Source: Anolis carolinensis (taxonomy: Eukaryota). From it: a DNA stretch of 64,000 nucleotides. The translations under genes and the position numbers were made by a program. This document shows positions 14,027 to 27,487 of this stretch, in pieces. Every line of letters begins with the position of its first letter. Within the stretch, counting starts at the first letter, position 1. The DNA lies in assembly GCF_035594765.1 (NCBI RefSeq), contig NC_085844.1, positions 236,918,107-236,982,106 on the forward strand, given 5' to 3'. The notes beneath the pieces are model-generated. The model was not told the origin of the DNA and did not search any database. It saw nothing but the letters and a program-made list of their open reading frames with translations.

Positions 14027-16131
14027 TCAAGGTATGATGGGGTCTCCATAACTGCAGTCTTCTTCCACACCCAAGTTGAAGTTATTGCCTTTTCCATTTT
14101 TATATGCACTCGTCACAATTCTAAACCAGCCGCGTTCCCCCTGCAAGATATTAATTGGTAAAAGCATATTGGAAGGAGCTCAAGTAGAAGCAACTTGTTA
14201 TGACACTTCTTTAAAAATTCTTGTGTACGAAAAGGTAATTGAATTAAAAACATTTGTGCATCAAGAAGTAATTGTACTGTTCTGGGTTTTTCCTGAAGGA
14301 TGCAGGTGGTTAGGGTGTGATTTTTGGGTGTTTATGGGTAGACACAGAACTACATAGTACGACAGCTGATTAGTGAGAGGCATGAGGGCAGTGAACCAAT
14401 ATCCCATCATTCCCATGTATCTGGTGGAATATTCCACTGCTAGAACAGCAGCTCTCTGTTGGGCTATTTGTTTGGAGGCCAGACATGCTTCCTAAGAGAT
14501 TTAGACAAGGGGTAACCAATTTTCTGGTGGTGCTTCATGTCATGGCCAGCAGTTAGTCTGGCTTGATTTGGCTGCTGCTTGGTGCTTGGAAGGAGTTAAT
14601 CTGATTCAGCTTGTGGAAGGGGTCAAGATGACCTTTCCCTTTGAGGAATGCATCACAGGCCTCTGTGATGATCTGAACTGGCTTGAATAAATGAGTAGAA
14701 ATCTCTGGTTAAATAAAGGGTCTGTAAGAGACAGCTGTTTGGTAACAGATGGCATAGTACCTTCGTATCTTGGACCTTGGCTGTTACCCTGGTTTAGAAT
14801 GTCGGATCCTAACCTTGTTCCTGCAACTCCACTGCTCTTGTAAACTTGTCTTGGATCTTAACATTTGAATCTTGGTCAACCTTCTTGGATTTAACATATG
14901 GACTTGGACATTGCTTTGACCCTTAACCATCTGGCTCAACTTCAGAACTCTGAGTACGGTTTGCAATCTTGAATCTTGAACTTTTGGCATCTGACTTTTG
15001 GACTGCAAACTTGGCTAGTCTTGCTCCTGAACTGGCTTCGTAGTATTCTCAGCCTTAATTTGACTTTTGACTTTGATTTGTGCAACCCTAGCTGTGTGCT
15101 GTATTTCTGTTTTCACTAGCCAGACCGTTGAAAGACTTAAGACTTTTGTTCTCAATTTAAGTAAGTCTGGCTTTGGCTCATCCTGTGTTCGATAAAACTC
15201 TGCTAGGGTCATTGCCAACCTATGAAATGCCAATGTGAGTAGATCAATAGGTACCGGTCCGGCGGGAAGGTAACGGCGCTCCATGCAGTCATGCCAGCCA
15301 CATGACCTTGGAGGAGTCTACGGACAATGCCGGCTCTTAGTCTTAGAAATGGAGATGAGCACCAACCCCCGGAGTCAGACATGACTGGACTTAACGTCAG
15401 GGGAAACCTTTACCTTTACTTCCCTAGGGTCATTGGGTAAGAGCTACCTGGAACATGACAGTTTCCCTAGAAATATGGTGGTAAGCAGGGTATGTTTTGG
15501 TGTGTTTTAAGATGTGAGCCTCCCTTTATGACCAAGCTTTATACATCCATGAATAAACTACATATCAACAGTCTCCAAGGACCTTTTCCCAAAGAAACAA
15601 AACCCCAGGAAGCAGTTGCACCAGTGAAATTTGCATTGTTCAGAAATCTGGAATGCAAAAGTGCATAAAAACATGGACCACTTCTTGCAATGATAGGTAA
15701 GTTTCCATTGGTGTTTAGCAACTGGTCCTGGGATCCTTCACATTAGTGATCAACAAAGGTGTGTCGCATGTCCTTTCTCACAGGTTATAACCTAATCTCA
15801 TCCAGTGATGCACTGAGGACTTGTCAATGAATGTCCTTATTTTGATTTCAACCTCTTTACTGCTACTGTAACATGTGGGAGTGGAGTGGGGAATTGCATA
15901 TGGCTTCATGGCCTCAAATCATATCAAGCTAGTCCAGTCATCAAAGGCTTCACATTCTGCATACTAACATAATTTGTACAAATGCTTTCAGTCACTGGAA
16001 TGATTCTGCAAAGTGTGATATTTGATTTTTTGAATATTAAATATTGCTAAAAGGCTTCTTATGTTGATCAGGTCCCCATGTATCTGCACCGAGTTCCTTT
16101 GGGGAGATGCAGGCAGGATACAAAACTAAAG

Positions 16132-16202
<71 letters not shown>

Positions 16203-19200
16203 TCTGGGAAGAACAAATCATAATGAAGTAAACCCCCCATAGTTTATTTCTCTGAACCAGAAATGCACAATTTACAGTTTGGAGTCAGTATGACTCTCCT
16301 CATATTCTAGGGTTCTTTCACACTATCCTACAGTGTTATTTTCCACTTTAATAGCCCTGGCAATATCCTAAGTCTATATGTGTCCATACATTTACATGCA
16401 TGACAGATGTCATTTTGGACTCAGCCATCTCTATCCATGCTGCGCAAGACTGAAAAGGTTATGCCTCCCTCTTGCATCCCCTTTGATGGAATCGTGTTCA
16501 TCTTATTCACACCCATCATAGACTCCATTCAACCAACTAAATCCTTAAAGAGCCACACACTCATCTCATTTGTGTTTCCATTGCCTATCTTACCCAGGGC
16601 TCTCCCCAAGAGTTGCGGACAATCCAGTATTCGATTCCGTTTTCTACTCCCCAGCCAGAAACGCTGACAACGTGGTTTGCCATTGCTGTCTCATTGTATT
16701 CAGTAAAAATGCCTCCTGTGTATTCATCCAGCTTTGGAGTCTGCATAATTGAACAGCTGTTTAAAAACAACAAAATGCAATTTTAAAGATGCTGCTGAGA
16801 TTAAATGTATGCTCTAGTGCCGCCGAAATAAAGAATCATATCTTGATGATCTCATAACATTGAAATTCATGGTAAGAAATATAATCTTACAGGCTTGTAA
16901 CCACACTCCAAGGCCATGTAACAAAGCCCCCCATTAACCTGAAGATGGTGCCAGAAAGTGGCACTACCTTCAGGTTAAGGAGCCCCTGATGGCACAGCGG
17001 GTTAAACCGCTGAGCTGCTGAACTTGCTGACTGAAAGGTCGGTGGTTCAAATCCGGGGAGCAGGGTGAGCTCCCACTATTAGCCTCAGTTTCTGCCAACC
17101 TAGCAATTTGAAAACATGCAAATGTGAGTAGATCAATAGGTACTGCTTTGGTGGGAAGGTAACAGCGCTCCATGCAGTCATGCCAACCTTGAGGTGTCTG
17201 AGGACAATGCTGGCTCTTTGGCTTAGAAATGGAGATAAGCACCAACCCCCAGAGTTGGACACAACTAGACTTAATTTTGTGCCACAAAATAGCATGTATA
17301 CTACCATCACTGATTCCTCATCTTCATAAAAGAAAGCAATAATTTTGGTTCAGCCTGTTTTAATTTCTTTCTGTAGTGGGATTCACCACTCACTAGAAGA
17401 AATGAAATGGAAGAAATGAACTATTAGCCAATCTTCTTCTGCTCGAGACATGAAACAAATTCAGACTCATTCAATCAACAGAGTGAAGAGTCTGAAACAG
17501 TGGTGTCACCACAGCATGTAAACAATACAAACCCTCAGTGGAGGTTACACCAAAATGACTTGCCTATAGAAAAAACTGCTCTGCAGAAAGTTACTGTCAT
17601 TTTTTAAAAAAAATACCTCTGTAGTTAGATATAACTATAAAAATGTTTTCATAACCCAGCTTTATTACTCTATGCTAATTTCCTTTTTGATACCTTCTAA
17701 TAATTTGTAGGCACTCCATTCAGAATTGTCATTATTACCAATGACAATGATGGTGTGAGTCAAATAGTTTCATCTGTGCATGCTGGTTTTTCATAATTGT
17801 TGTTTTTGTCAATTTATGATACATTAGTTACAGTATTGTGGAGTAGTCTGGTCTGGTATGTTACTTGTACTGAAATTATAGTGCGTCTTACAATCAATTG
17901 TGTCTCAAAATTGAAGAAATATGGTATTATCTAGTCACAAGATCTGCATCCTGTCAGATCCCTAAAATCTGAAGGAAAGCAAGAGTCATAGCCATTTTGA
18001 AACGAGGCAGACCATAACAATCAATAAAACTATAGACCAATGTTCTTGTTGAGCCATCTTTTTAAAGCTCTGGAGAGACTTATCCTGCCCAGAATTGTGA
18101 AAAAAAATAGATCAATTTATGATCCCAGAGCAAGCTAGTCTGAGGAAAGGGAAAAGCTGCACATCACAAGTGCTGGACCTGACTCAGATGGTTTTGAAAG
18201 ACAGCAGATTACAGGAGCTGTCTTCATAGACCTGTCAGCAGCTTATGCTACTGTCAAAAAATGTATACAGTACTATCACAAAGGATTATCACCTCACCTG
18301 CTTCATAGGAAATCTGCTACAAAACAGAAGTTTTTTTGTTGAGTTCCAGGGCCAGAGAAGCAGATGGCAGAAATAGAAGAGTGTGCTTGCTCCATAAATG
18401 TTTAATATTTACAGAAATGACCAGCCACTGCCAGAAGGGACAGAGAGTTTCATCTATGTTGACGATTGTGCCATCACAACCCAAGCAGGGAGCTTTGAAA
18501 TGGTTAAACAGAAGCTCTCTGAAGCTTTAGGTGCTCTTACTAACTAATACAGGGAAAACCAGCTGATTCCTAATCTATCTAAAATGCAGACGTGGCTTTT
18601 CATCTTAAGAACAGACATGAATTTTGAGGATTACCTGGGAAGAAATCCCACTGGAGCATTGCAGCACACCAAAATACCTGGGAGTTATTCTGGACCATGC
18701 TATGACTTACAAGAAGCACTGCTTGAATATCAAGCAAAAAGTGAATGCTATAAATAATATCATATGAAAGCTGACTGGCACAACCTGCGGATCACAACCA
18801 GACACAGTGAAGACATTTGCCCTTGCGCTTTGCTACTCTGCTACTGAATATATATGCCCAGTGTGGAATACATCTCACCACATTAAAACAGTGGATGTGG
18901 CTCTTAATGAGATATGCCGCATTATCACAGGATGTTTACGCCCTACACCACTGAAGAATTAGCCAGTACTGCAACACCTGACATCCGTTGGGAAGTAGCA
19001 GCCTGTAATGAAAGGACCAAGGCATTGACATATCTGGCCGATTCTCTGTTCGGATTTCAGTCAGCAAGCAAATGTCTTAAATCAAGAAATAACTTCATAA
19101 GATTGTAGAGATACTCACAGGAACACCTCAGCAAGAGAGAGTCCAAAAGTGGCAGGTTAAAATCTGGAACTATAATCAGTGCCTGATTCCAGATGAGAAA

Positions 19201-22200
19201 CTCCCGCCTGGGCACACAGAATGCTGGGCAACATGCAAGGCGCTGAACAGACTGCGCTCTGGCACCACCAGATGCAGAGCTAACCTTAGGAAATGGGGCT
19301 ACAAAGTGGAGTCCACAACATGTGAGTGTGGAGAAGAGCAAACCACAGACCACTTACTACTCTGCAGTCTGAGCCCTGCCACATGCACAATGGACCTGCC
19401 ACATACACCTTCTAACAATGACACCAGAGGCACTCGAAGTGGCCGGCTTCTGGTCAAAGGAAATTTAGTACAATGCCAAGCTTTTAACTTTGTTTGTGTT
19501 TTTTGTACGCATTATAACTGTATTCTCAATTTGTTTCTGACACGATAAATAAATAAAACCTAGTCACTGTCTATAAAGGCTTCATTTCCTTACCTGATTG
19601 GTCCATTTGCATAGATTTCTCTCATCATATCTTCTCGCCCACTGATATATTCATAATCTCCCACTTTCCAACGGGTGTAGTTCTTTACCACATAACATTT
19701 GTTGAAGATAACACAGGTCCCACATTTAGTAAACTTCTTGCACTCTGCAAAAAGGTTGGTAAGAGAAAGCTTTGACTGACGTGAAAAGTTGCCTTTCATC
19801 TAGTAACAAAAAAGAGTGAAATAAAATTCTGCAATGCCTTCCTGTCATCTGGATTTAATCCTTTTTTATTTCTTTATTTATTCATAGAGATACCTAAGCA
19901 CCCTCCTATTCAATTCATACAGGAATCGGGCCACAGGTACTAGAGAGAAAAGGAAGAGGCAGAATCTTGCCCTTCCCTGTATTCTACCAGCAAACTACTT
20001 TTCCATTTTGAATTCAATTTGCAGCAAATGAAGTAAACCAAGAAGAAAGTGAAATGGCAGACAAAGGTTTGAGATAATGAGACAAAGAGAGTTCCGGTTG
20101 CTGTAGAAAAAGACGTTTATTCTCAGTGGCCAGAGAGAATAAGCAATAGGAAGGACCTTCTCCTGTAATCAGGAAAGCAAAGGTACAGAACAAAGAAACA
20201 CAGGTTCTTATATACCTTTTTTGCCTCCATCTACCTACGTCATATAGGCATTATCCATCACCAATTAGTGTCAAAAAAGTCTTATTTTGCACTTTACTAA
20301 AAGCTACTTTTGCATTTTCCTAAAATATAGACTACTTTCAAGACCTCTGACCCTCCATTAGGCCTTATCTAAGGAATTCCTATCTAAGCTTTCTGAGGTT
20401 CCCATTAATTGAAGAATTCCCCCTTATCCTAGCTTTTAGGGAGTCATTAGCACTCCTACATGGCGCCAGGTCTTATCTTGACATCCCAAAAGCCTTAATT
20501 TGTCTTTTGTCCATTATCTTATCTATTCTTGTTGACACTTGACATATGTCTCTGGCACTTAAGGTGAACTTTGGTCTCTGCTTATAGGGAGACGGTTATT
20601 TGCTAGGCAGCGTGTATTTTGGGGCTATATGCACACAATCTGCTTGTGATTACATATTTTCCTATTCCTATTTCTAATATGATTGCATTCAATATGTAGT
20701 TTCCAATGCAAGTATTATATTCTCCCAATACACCTTCATCAAAAGGAGGGAAATAAAAGGCGAAAAGGAAAAACTCAAAGATTTGAAAAGCATCTGAAAA
20801 AGCAGCCATAATCGGGGCTACAGAGTCAGACCCTTGACCTCTTCCAGGTGGAAATGCCAGGCACCTTTCCTGTGTTTGCCAGACACATAATGTTTGCAAA
20901 TTCCAACATGCATTCTCTGTATTATGCTGTACTTCTCTGTTTTAATTATTTGTGATTTAAACAATTCTGACTAGCAAACAGAATTTATAATAGAGTAGAA
21001 AAATAAAACAGAAATCCATGTCTTACTTTGATCCTTAGCTACATAATTGCTGCATGTCTCATCCGGGATGCCATGGCGATGGGCATATCTCCACACGAGC
21101 ATCTCGTTTCCACCCTTGCAAGACCCACCACGAGAACAATCCACAACATGCTGAACTGAGAGAAAAGCAGAAGGCCAGGCCCCTTTTCTCTTGATGTTGA
21201 TGCGGTCTGAGAAATGGAGGCAAACAACAGTTGATTAAAGGCATGAACAGAAATTTCCAATATTCTGCAGTTTGTGTAATATCTTACAGTTCTAATAGAA
21301 TGAGTGGAACATGCACCTCTTTCAAACCATACCCTTGCCTAGAACACTCTATTCTACACTATCCAATTTTCTCATTTTCAATGGTTTGAGGATATTATTT
21401 GTTTTCAACTGACAATTTGATAGCCCATCTATCCCCAGTTTTCCTCTAAGGTTTGTTTGTTTCCCTCTGAAACTTCTTCAAGCTTCCTTGTAGGGCACTG
21501 GAAGTCACATAAGGCTACACAGAGCTCTGCACTCAGATAATTGATTTCAATTACATAAGATGGAAATGTTGGGATTTGCCCTGTTTAAGGGACTCCCCCC
21601 GCCCCCCAGTGATGCAAGGTCTTTGCTAGGAGCAACATTCACTTTGCTAATTCCTCTAACAATCAGGAATACCATTCCCACAAATATCAGTGAATGAGGC
21701 AAAGTGTCGGCAGGATGAAAGTCTCACCTGGAACCACTCTGAGTGTGACCTCTGTGCACCTTTGTGTGTATGTCATCTCAGCAGTGAAAAGAAAAATACA
21801 TTTGCATCCCTGTCAAGTGGCTGTGGAACCACATGGAATGGTAAGGCTATGGTTTCAAGGTGGGGGGTAAATAGAAGGGAATTGTTGGAATGTGTCTCCG
21901 TCAACAACATAAAACTGAGGAATGAATCAAGCTGATGTCCAGAAGCAGATGAGCCCCCTTCCTCTTTTCCAACTACCACTGTCTTTGTCTTGGAGGGAGA
22001 GAAGAAGAGGCAGTATCTGCTGGACTTCATGCTGTCCCGCACAGCCGTCTGCTTTTTCTCTGTGTCATGTCTTAATTAGACTGTAAGGCTGAGGCGGGAT
22101 GCCCAGAGCAACATTTACTCCATAAATTTCCCCCTGCAGTATATTCCTGTTACAAAGATGCACACCTTTAGAGGGTTTGCAATTTATTTGTTCTAGACCT

Positions 22201-23487
22201 TCGTCTGTTCATTTTTCTTCAAACCTGCATCCTGATGCTCCTAAAATAGCTTTTTGAAATGGTTAATGGTTCTCTGGAGACATCTGGGACATCATTGTGG
22301 TTGGGAGAATGGGTCACATTAAGGAATACATGCGCCTTACAGATACACTTGGTCTACTGCTGCTCCATGGGAGCTGGGAACAAGGGAGCTGATAATCACA
22401 ATAGGAAAATGACAGGCACATACCGGCCAGGGCGCTGGTGGCAGCATGAGCCCAGCAAGACCCACAGAACTGTGGGACACCCTGGTTGCGAGTAGGACTT
22501 GCGTAATTGACGCCGTTCACATTTCGCCAGTCCCACTTCTTGGGGATTTCTGACATGTTCAGGTATTCATGTGGACGAGAGTAAGTTCTGTGATGCGAGA
22601 AACAGGATGGAGAACGTAAGACTTTTTCTATAGTCAGGCAAGGATCATAGCATTTCCTCCTCCATCTTAAGAAGTGGAATAAATTAGAATCATATTCAAA
22701 TTAGAATCATAGAGCGAGAAGTGATTCCAAGAGCCATCCAGCCCACCACTGTTCTGTTATGCAGGAATACACAACCAAGCCACGTCTGACAGATGGCCAT
22801 CCAGCCTCCGTTTAAAAGCTCCCAAATAAGGAAATTCGACTTCACTCTGAGTTAACTGTTATTGTCAACTTAACAGCAGGTAACAACAACTAAGCCACTG
22901 GTGGAGCCCTCAGTGGTGTAGTGGATTAAAGCCTTGTAACTTGAAGGTTGGGTTGCTGACCTGAAGCTGCCAGGTTCGAATCCCATCCGGGGAGAGCGCA
23001 GATGAGCTCCCTCTATAAGCTCCAGCTCCATGTGGGGACATGAGAGAAGCCTCCCACAAGGATGGTAAAAACATCAAAACATCCGGGCATCCCCTGGGCA
23101 ACGTCCTTGCAGACAGCCAGTTCTCTCATACCAGAAGCGACTGACACGAATAAAAAAGTCACTGGCTAGGCAAACTGTACCTAGCAAAATGCTCTCTTCT
23201 CCCCAAATATCAAAGATAAAAGAGGCTTTTCTTTCCTCATCAGTGCACTCTGTGTGGCAGAGCAGGTTGCCAGATGTAAGATCTAGGCTGGACTATAGGG
23301 ATAAGGAGGAGCAGGGTTACCTGGGATTGTCACCTTACCTGACTCCTTGAATCCTGTGTGGCATTGGTTTGTAGCAACTTTCCCCTTCCTTGAAATGGAC
23401 AGTAGCAGCTGATACAGGAGAATGGCAGACATAGGCACACAGCAGTAGCGCCAGGATAAAGAAGGGCAAGTGGGCATTTACGGGCAT
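14027..23487 (-). CDS. Cathepsin Z-like paralogue A (306 aa, intact); exons 23487-23339, 22587-22424, 21206-21027, 19744-19594, 16756-16594, 14140-14027
   Basis: GCCATG start; signal peptide [20 protein letters not shown]...; pro-peptide SCYKP; [14 protein letters not shown]; ANHVV; RNSWGEPW; ends YGDPIIP*. Exon sizes 149/164/180/151/163/114 total 921 nt. All introns GT-AG, no stops or frameshifts. Confidence 0.93.
14538..15460. mobile_element. Probable solo LTR (Gypsy-like) in intron 5 of A, with a nested Sauria SINE fragment (~15215-15423); homologue at ~39357-40536 in C
   Basis: TGTCATG...CATGACA inverted termini and ggact-rich body. The nested SINE has TSD ctagggtcattg. No clean TSD for the LTR itself. 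Confidence 0.5.
16131..16203. repeat. (GTT)n(ATT)n microsatellite
   Basis: Directly visible. Confidence 0.95.
16979..17275 (+). mobile_element. Sauria SINE
   Basis: ggagcccct..gttaaaccgctgagctgctgaacttg..catgcaaatgtgagtagatcaatagg consensus. Confidence 0.8.
17939..19559 (+). mobile_element. 5'-truncated Vingi/Ingi-type LINE in intron 4 of paralogue A
   Basis: Decayed RT-like coding sequence, C-terminal [11 protein letters not shown] motif, 3' end ctgacacgataaataaata, and 8-bp TSD ctagtcac (17931-17938, 19560-19567). Family name assigned from recall. Confidence 0.75.
20050..20741 (-). mobile_element. Solo LTR (692 bp) in intron 3 of paralogue A
   Basis: TG...CA termini and 4-bp TSD aaag. 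Minus-strand TATATAA (20214-20208) then AATAAA (20121-20116); CCAAT at 20261. Absent from the homologous site in C (about 43620-43635). Confidence 0.75.
22903..23155 (+). mobile_element. AnolisSINE2-type SINE in intron 1 of A (absent in B and C)
   Basis: A and B boxes, 3' ctgacacg end, and flanking cactgg duplication. Confidence 0.8.
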
Positions 23488-23879
23488 GGCTCCCACCTCT
23501 TGTGACAGTCCTAGCAAAAGTAGGATGCACACGGCTCCAACAGACCTACAGGAAAAAAGATATCTCCATAGATTGCAGCCTTAAAATATTACAATAAGAA
23601 ATTGTTGAGCCAGGAAATATGCTTCTACCTTCTGTTGTTGTTTTCTTTGCCCTGGCTACTATGAAATGCAGCTGGCCAGAGGGTTCCTTCCTTTATTATG
23701 TTGCCCAGCTTGTCAGAGAAGTCAAAGATGGAATTGAATTCTTGCATCATCTGAGCAGCCGTTTTATATGGTTTCCGTCCTCCCTATCTCAGCTTTAGTA
23801 TCTGAACTGATTGCCATCTGCACTGATATGTTCAACTGCTAAAATACTCTTGTAGTCTTTCAACAGTAAACTATGAACT

Positions 23880-24700
23880 GCCCACCTTACAGCTTAATGG
23901 GGTAATGGTAGAAAAAGTTGACCATTTTCACTACCTTGACAGCCACCTCTCCACAAAAGCTAATGTTGACACAGTAATACAACACTGCCTGAGTGCACGA
24001 TTTTTCTAAATGAAGCAGAGAGTGTTCGAGGATCGGGACATTCATAGGGACACCAAGTTACTTGTTTATAAAGCTTTTGGCCTCCTGTTATACGCCTGCG
24101 AAACGTGGACCATCTACAGACGTCACACTGAACTCCTGGAATGATTCCATCCGCGTTGCCTCTGAAAAATCCTGCAAATCTCTTGGGAAGACAGGTGGAT
24201 GAATGCCAGTGTGCTGGAAGAAGCAAAGACCACCAGCATTGAAGTGATGCTCCTACGCTATGAACTTTGCTGGACTGGCCACATTGTCTGAATGCTCAAT
24301 CACAGTCTCCCAAAACAGTTACTATACTCCCAACTCAAGAACGGAAAATTGAACGTTGGTGGACAGGAAGAGATTTAAAGGTGGGCTTAAAGCTCACCTT
24401 AAAAACTGTGGCATAGGCACCGAGAACTGGGAAGCCCTGGCCCTTGAGCTGGAGGTCGACTGTGACCAGTAATGCTGTGGAATTTGAAGAGACATGAATG
24501 GAGGGCAAAAGGGAGAAACATGCCAAGAGGAAGGTGCGTCAAGCCAACCCTGACCTGGACCGCATTACACCTGGAAACCAATGTCCTCACTGTGGAAGAA
24601 AATGTGGGTCAAGAATTACTACATATCCACCGAAAGGACACTGCACCTGGAAGACAATAATACCCGGACAATGAGGGATCACTTAAAAAGTAAAAATGGA
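23880..24700 (+). mobile_element. RTE-clade (BovB-like) LINE 3' fragment upstream of paralogue A
   Basis: Decayed RTE RT C-terminal coding sequence (FxYLxS, CETW, RWxGH-like motifs). Absent at the homologous site in B and C (aactgcccac|aagaatg). Confidence 0.7.
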
Positions 24701-27446
24701 CTGTTGACAAGAATGTTATTCTTACTAATTACTGTATTCCGGCATATGTTTAGATAGCCTTTTTCTTTTGGTTTTCTTGGATGGGGTGTGTGGCTTTCAT
24801 CCACGTCAACTGGCGTTCATGACTGCCATGATTTTCAATTTGTCTTCCAATTGCTGCCATTGTTTCCAGAGGGCAAATTCATAATCTACTTGCACACTAT
24901 TTTGCCCTTATACACATGGCCCATGGACTATTAGGATAGTACTTTCTAAAAATTGCAATGTGATTTTTGGTTGCATGTGACTTTTTATCTCATCATTAAC
25001 AACTGCACAGATTGCCATTGAACTGACAGCCACATTCTTTCCAACTGGCAAAATAAATGCTCTCTTTTTCTTATTTTCAGTAGCTACCGCTATTCTCCAT
25101 TTTGAACTACATTTATACATACAGCTAAAGGCAAATCTGTAGTTCATCTTACATAAGGGTAGCAATCAATTGAAAAATGAGACTTCAGTTAGCAATATTA
25201 TTTGAGTGGTGGCAGCTGCATTAAAAAGAGATACAAAAGTGGGTTTGGGGTGGAGGGCTGCCCATACATTCCTTATTATAAATCGCTTTTTAAATTAATA
25301 AATTTAATGCCCATATCGCAGTGCTATGAAATCCTGGGAGTTGCTTCTTTACTGGGAGTTGCTTAGGTAGCTTTTTCTGTCAAAGTGTGCTGGTGCCCCA
25401 CCATAGTTTCAGGGTATTTAGGTATTATTTAAATATCCATCCTATCAGTCCTTTTCCAGGAAATTATTCCACACTTACCAATTACAGCCTAGGATCCTAT
25501 TTTTCCGTCCCTTGGGAGAAGTCTCGATATGAAAACGTATTTGTTTTCTTCTTTCTAAGCTCATCTCTTCCTAATTGTAACTTGCATGGATCCTGTGGTC
25601 ACTCGCAATATGCATAACACATGAGTCTGGTGACCGGTGTATTACTTCTCATGTGCTTAAACCAACAGATTCTGCTTTCAAGGAACTGTGTGTCTTTCTG
25701 CCATTCATTGTATTTCCACAAAACACGGAAAATGTGTACAACTGCTGGGTGGAGGGGCAACATATTAATTAGTGAAAAAGCATCTAATTTTCAGAAGGTA
25801 TTGTAGCCGAACATTTATCAGTTGCCATCATCTAATAAATATTCCTTTCTCTGTATTCACATGCACGACACACAAATCACACCCACATATATCTTTATTT
25901 GCAACTCAGGACATGCCATCAAAGGCTTAATCCTTTTCACTTGCTGCTTCTTGTGAAACTCTTTTGAGATGGAGGACTTTCAACACGATGTAAAGGAGCA
26001 GGTGATAAAAAAAGCAACATTTTGTGTTTTCGTGAGACTTACCTTTCTCCCTTTTTCACTTCTGCTTCATGAAAGTGAAATGGATACATTTTTTTTTTCT
26101 AACGAACCTTAGGAATTATAACTCTGTTTTTCTTTTCATGTCAGGAGTGACTTGAGAAACTGCAAGTTGCTTCTGGTGTGAGATAATTGGCTATCTGCAA
26201 GGACGTTGACCAGAGGACACCTGGATGTTTGATGTTTTACCATCCTGTGTTAGGCTTCCCTCATGTCCCCACATGGGAAGCTAGACCTGATAGACGTGAG
26301 CTCACTCCGCTCCCCGGATTCGAACCGCCAACTTTTTGGTCAGCAGTTCAGCCAGCACAAAGGTTTAACCCATTGAGCCACTGGGAGTTCCTTGTAACTC
26401 TATTAAATTGTTGGAATACTTTTTCCACCTAGAGAATTCCAATTCCATATTATCCTGGATTGTAACTGGATATCTATTTGGTATACTTTGATTTTGCTTT
26501 TCCTGCATGGCATGGGGTTGGACTGGATGGCTCTCATGGCCTCTTCCAACCGGTGATTTGAAGCTTCCTACTGGCCATACTGGCTGGGATTGCCCCTCAC
26601 CACAGCCATCTTGCTTGAATTGCCCAATCAACTCTTGCAAGGTACCCAACACAAGACTACTGGTGTGAGATTTGCCTGGGCTGTGTGCTTTTGGCATGTT
26701 TGTATAAATATATGGGATTGCCAGATCTCAGGAATCCAATATCAGGGAATCAGAATTTTAGCCAATAACAAAGGGTTCCTTCCATGTCGCCTGTGACTGA
26801 ATATAACTTTAAAGGATCTATCCAAAGTGCTGAATCCATTTTCTATAAGAGGTTCAGCAATCTGGATCCACTGTTTCTCTGAAATGGAAGCTATCAGTTA
26901 CTGTTGTAAGGTTCATTTGGAAAGTCTTCTTTCACCATCAAATTACCTCCAACAGATGACCATCCTATCTCTATTTTAAATTCTCCAAGAAAGACAATAC
27001 CACCACAATCCCAGAAAGCATATTATACTATCAAACAGCTCATAGATTAGGATGATGCAGGTATTCTAAGCATATTCTTTCAGACTCTGTACCTTTCTAT
27101 CTCTTTCCAACCAACAGAAAGGCAGAAACTAATGAAATGCAAAAAAGCTATATTTGGAAAGCATATAGAAAAAAGATTGGAGCGGAAATGAGCTTACACT
27201 GGAGGTAATTTAGTAAATAATGATGTACTTCATCTCTCTTTCATTTTTAAATTATCAAACTCTGTCCAAAAATGAGATCTAGCCCAATATAAACAGAACA
27301 TAGCATGAGAAATAGCTAAGATTGTTTTTTTAAGGAAAGAAAAAACAACATTCTGTTGAATGTGTCGTCGAAGGCTTTCATGGCCGGGATCACAGGGTTG
27401 TTGTATGTCTTTCGGGCTGTGTGGCCATGTTCCAGAAGCATTCTCT

Positions 27447-27487
27447 CCTGACGTTTCGCCCACATCTATGGCAGGCATCCTCAGAGG
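27447..27487 (-). ncRNA. Minimal type I hammerhead ribozyme motif (Penelope-associated), same strand as paralogue B
   Basis: Reverse complement of 28442-28482. Confidence 0.75.
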
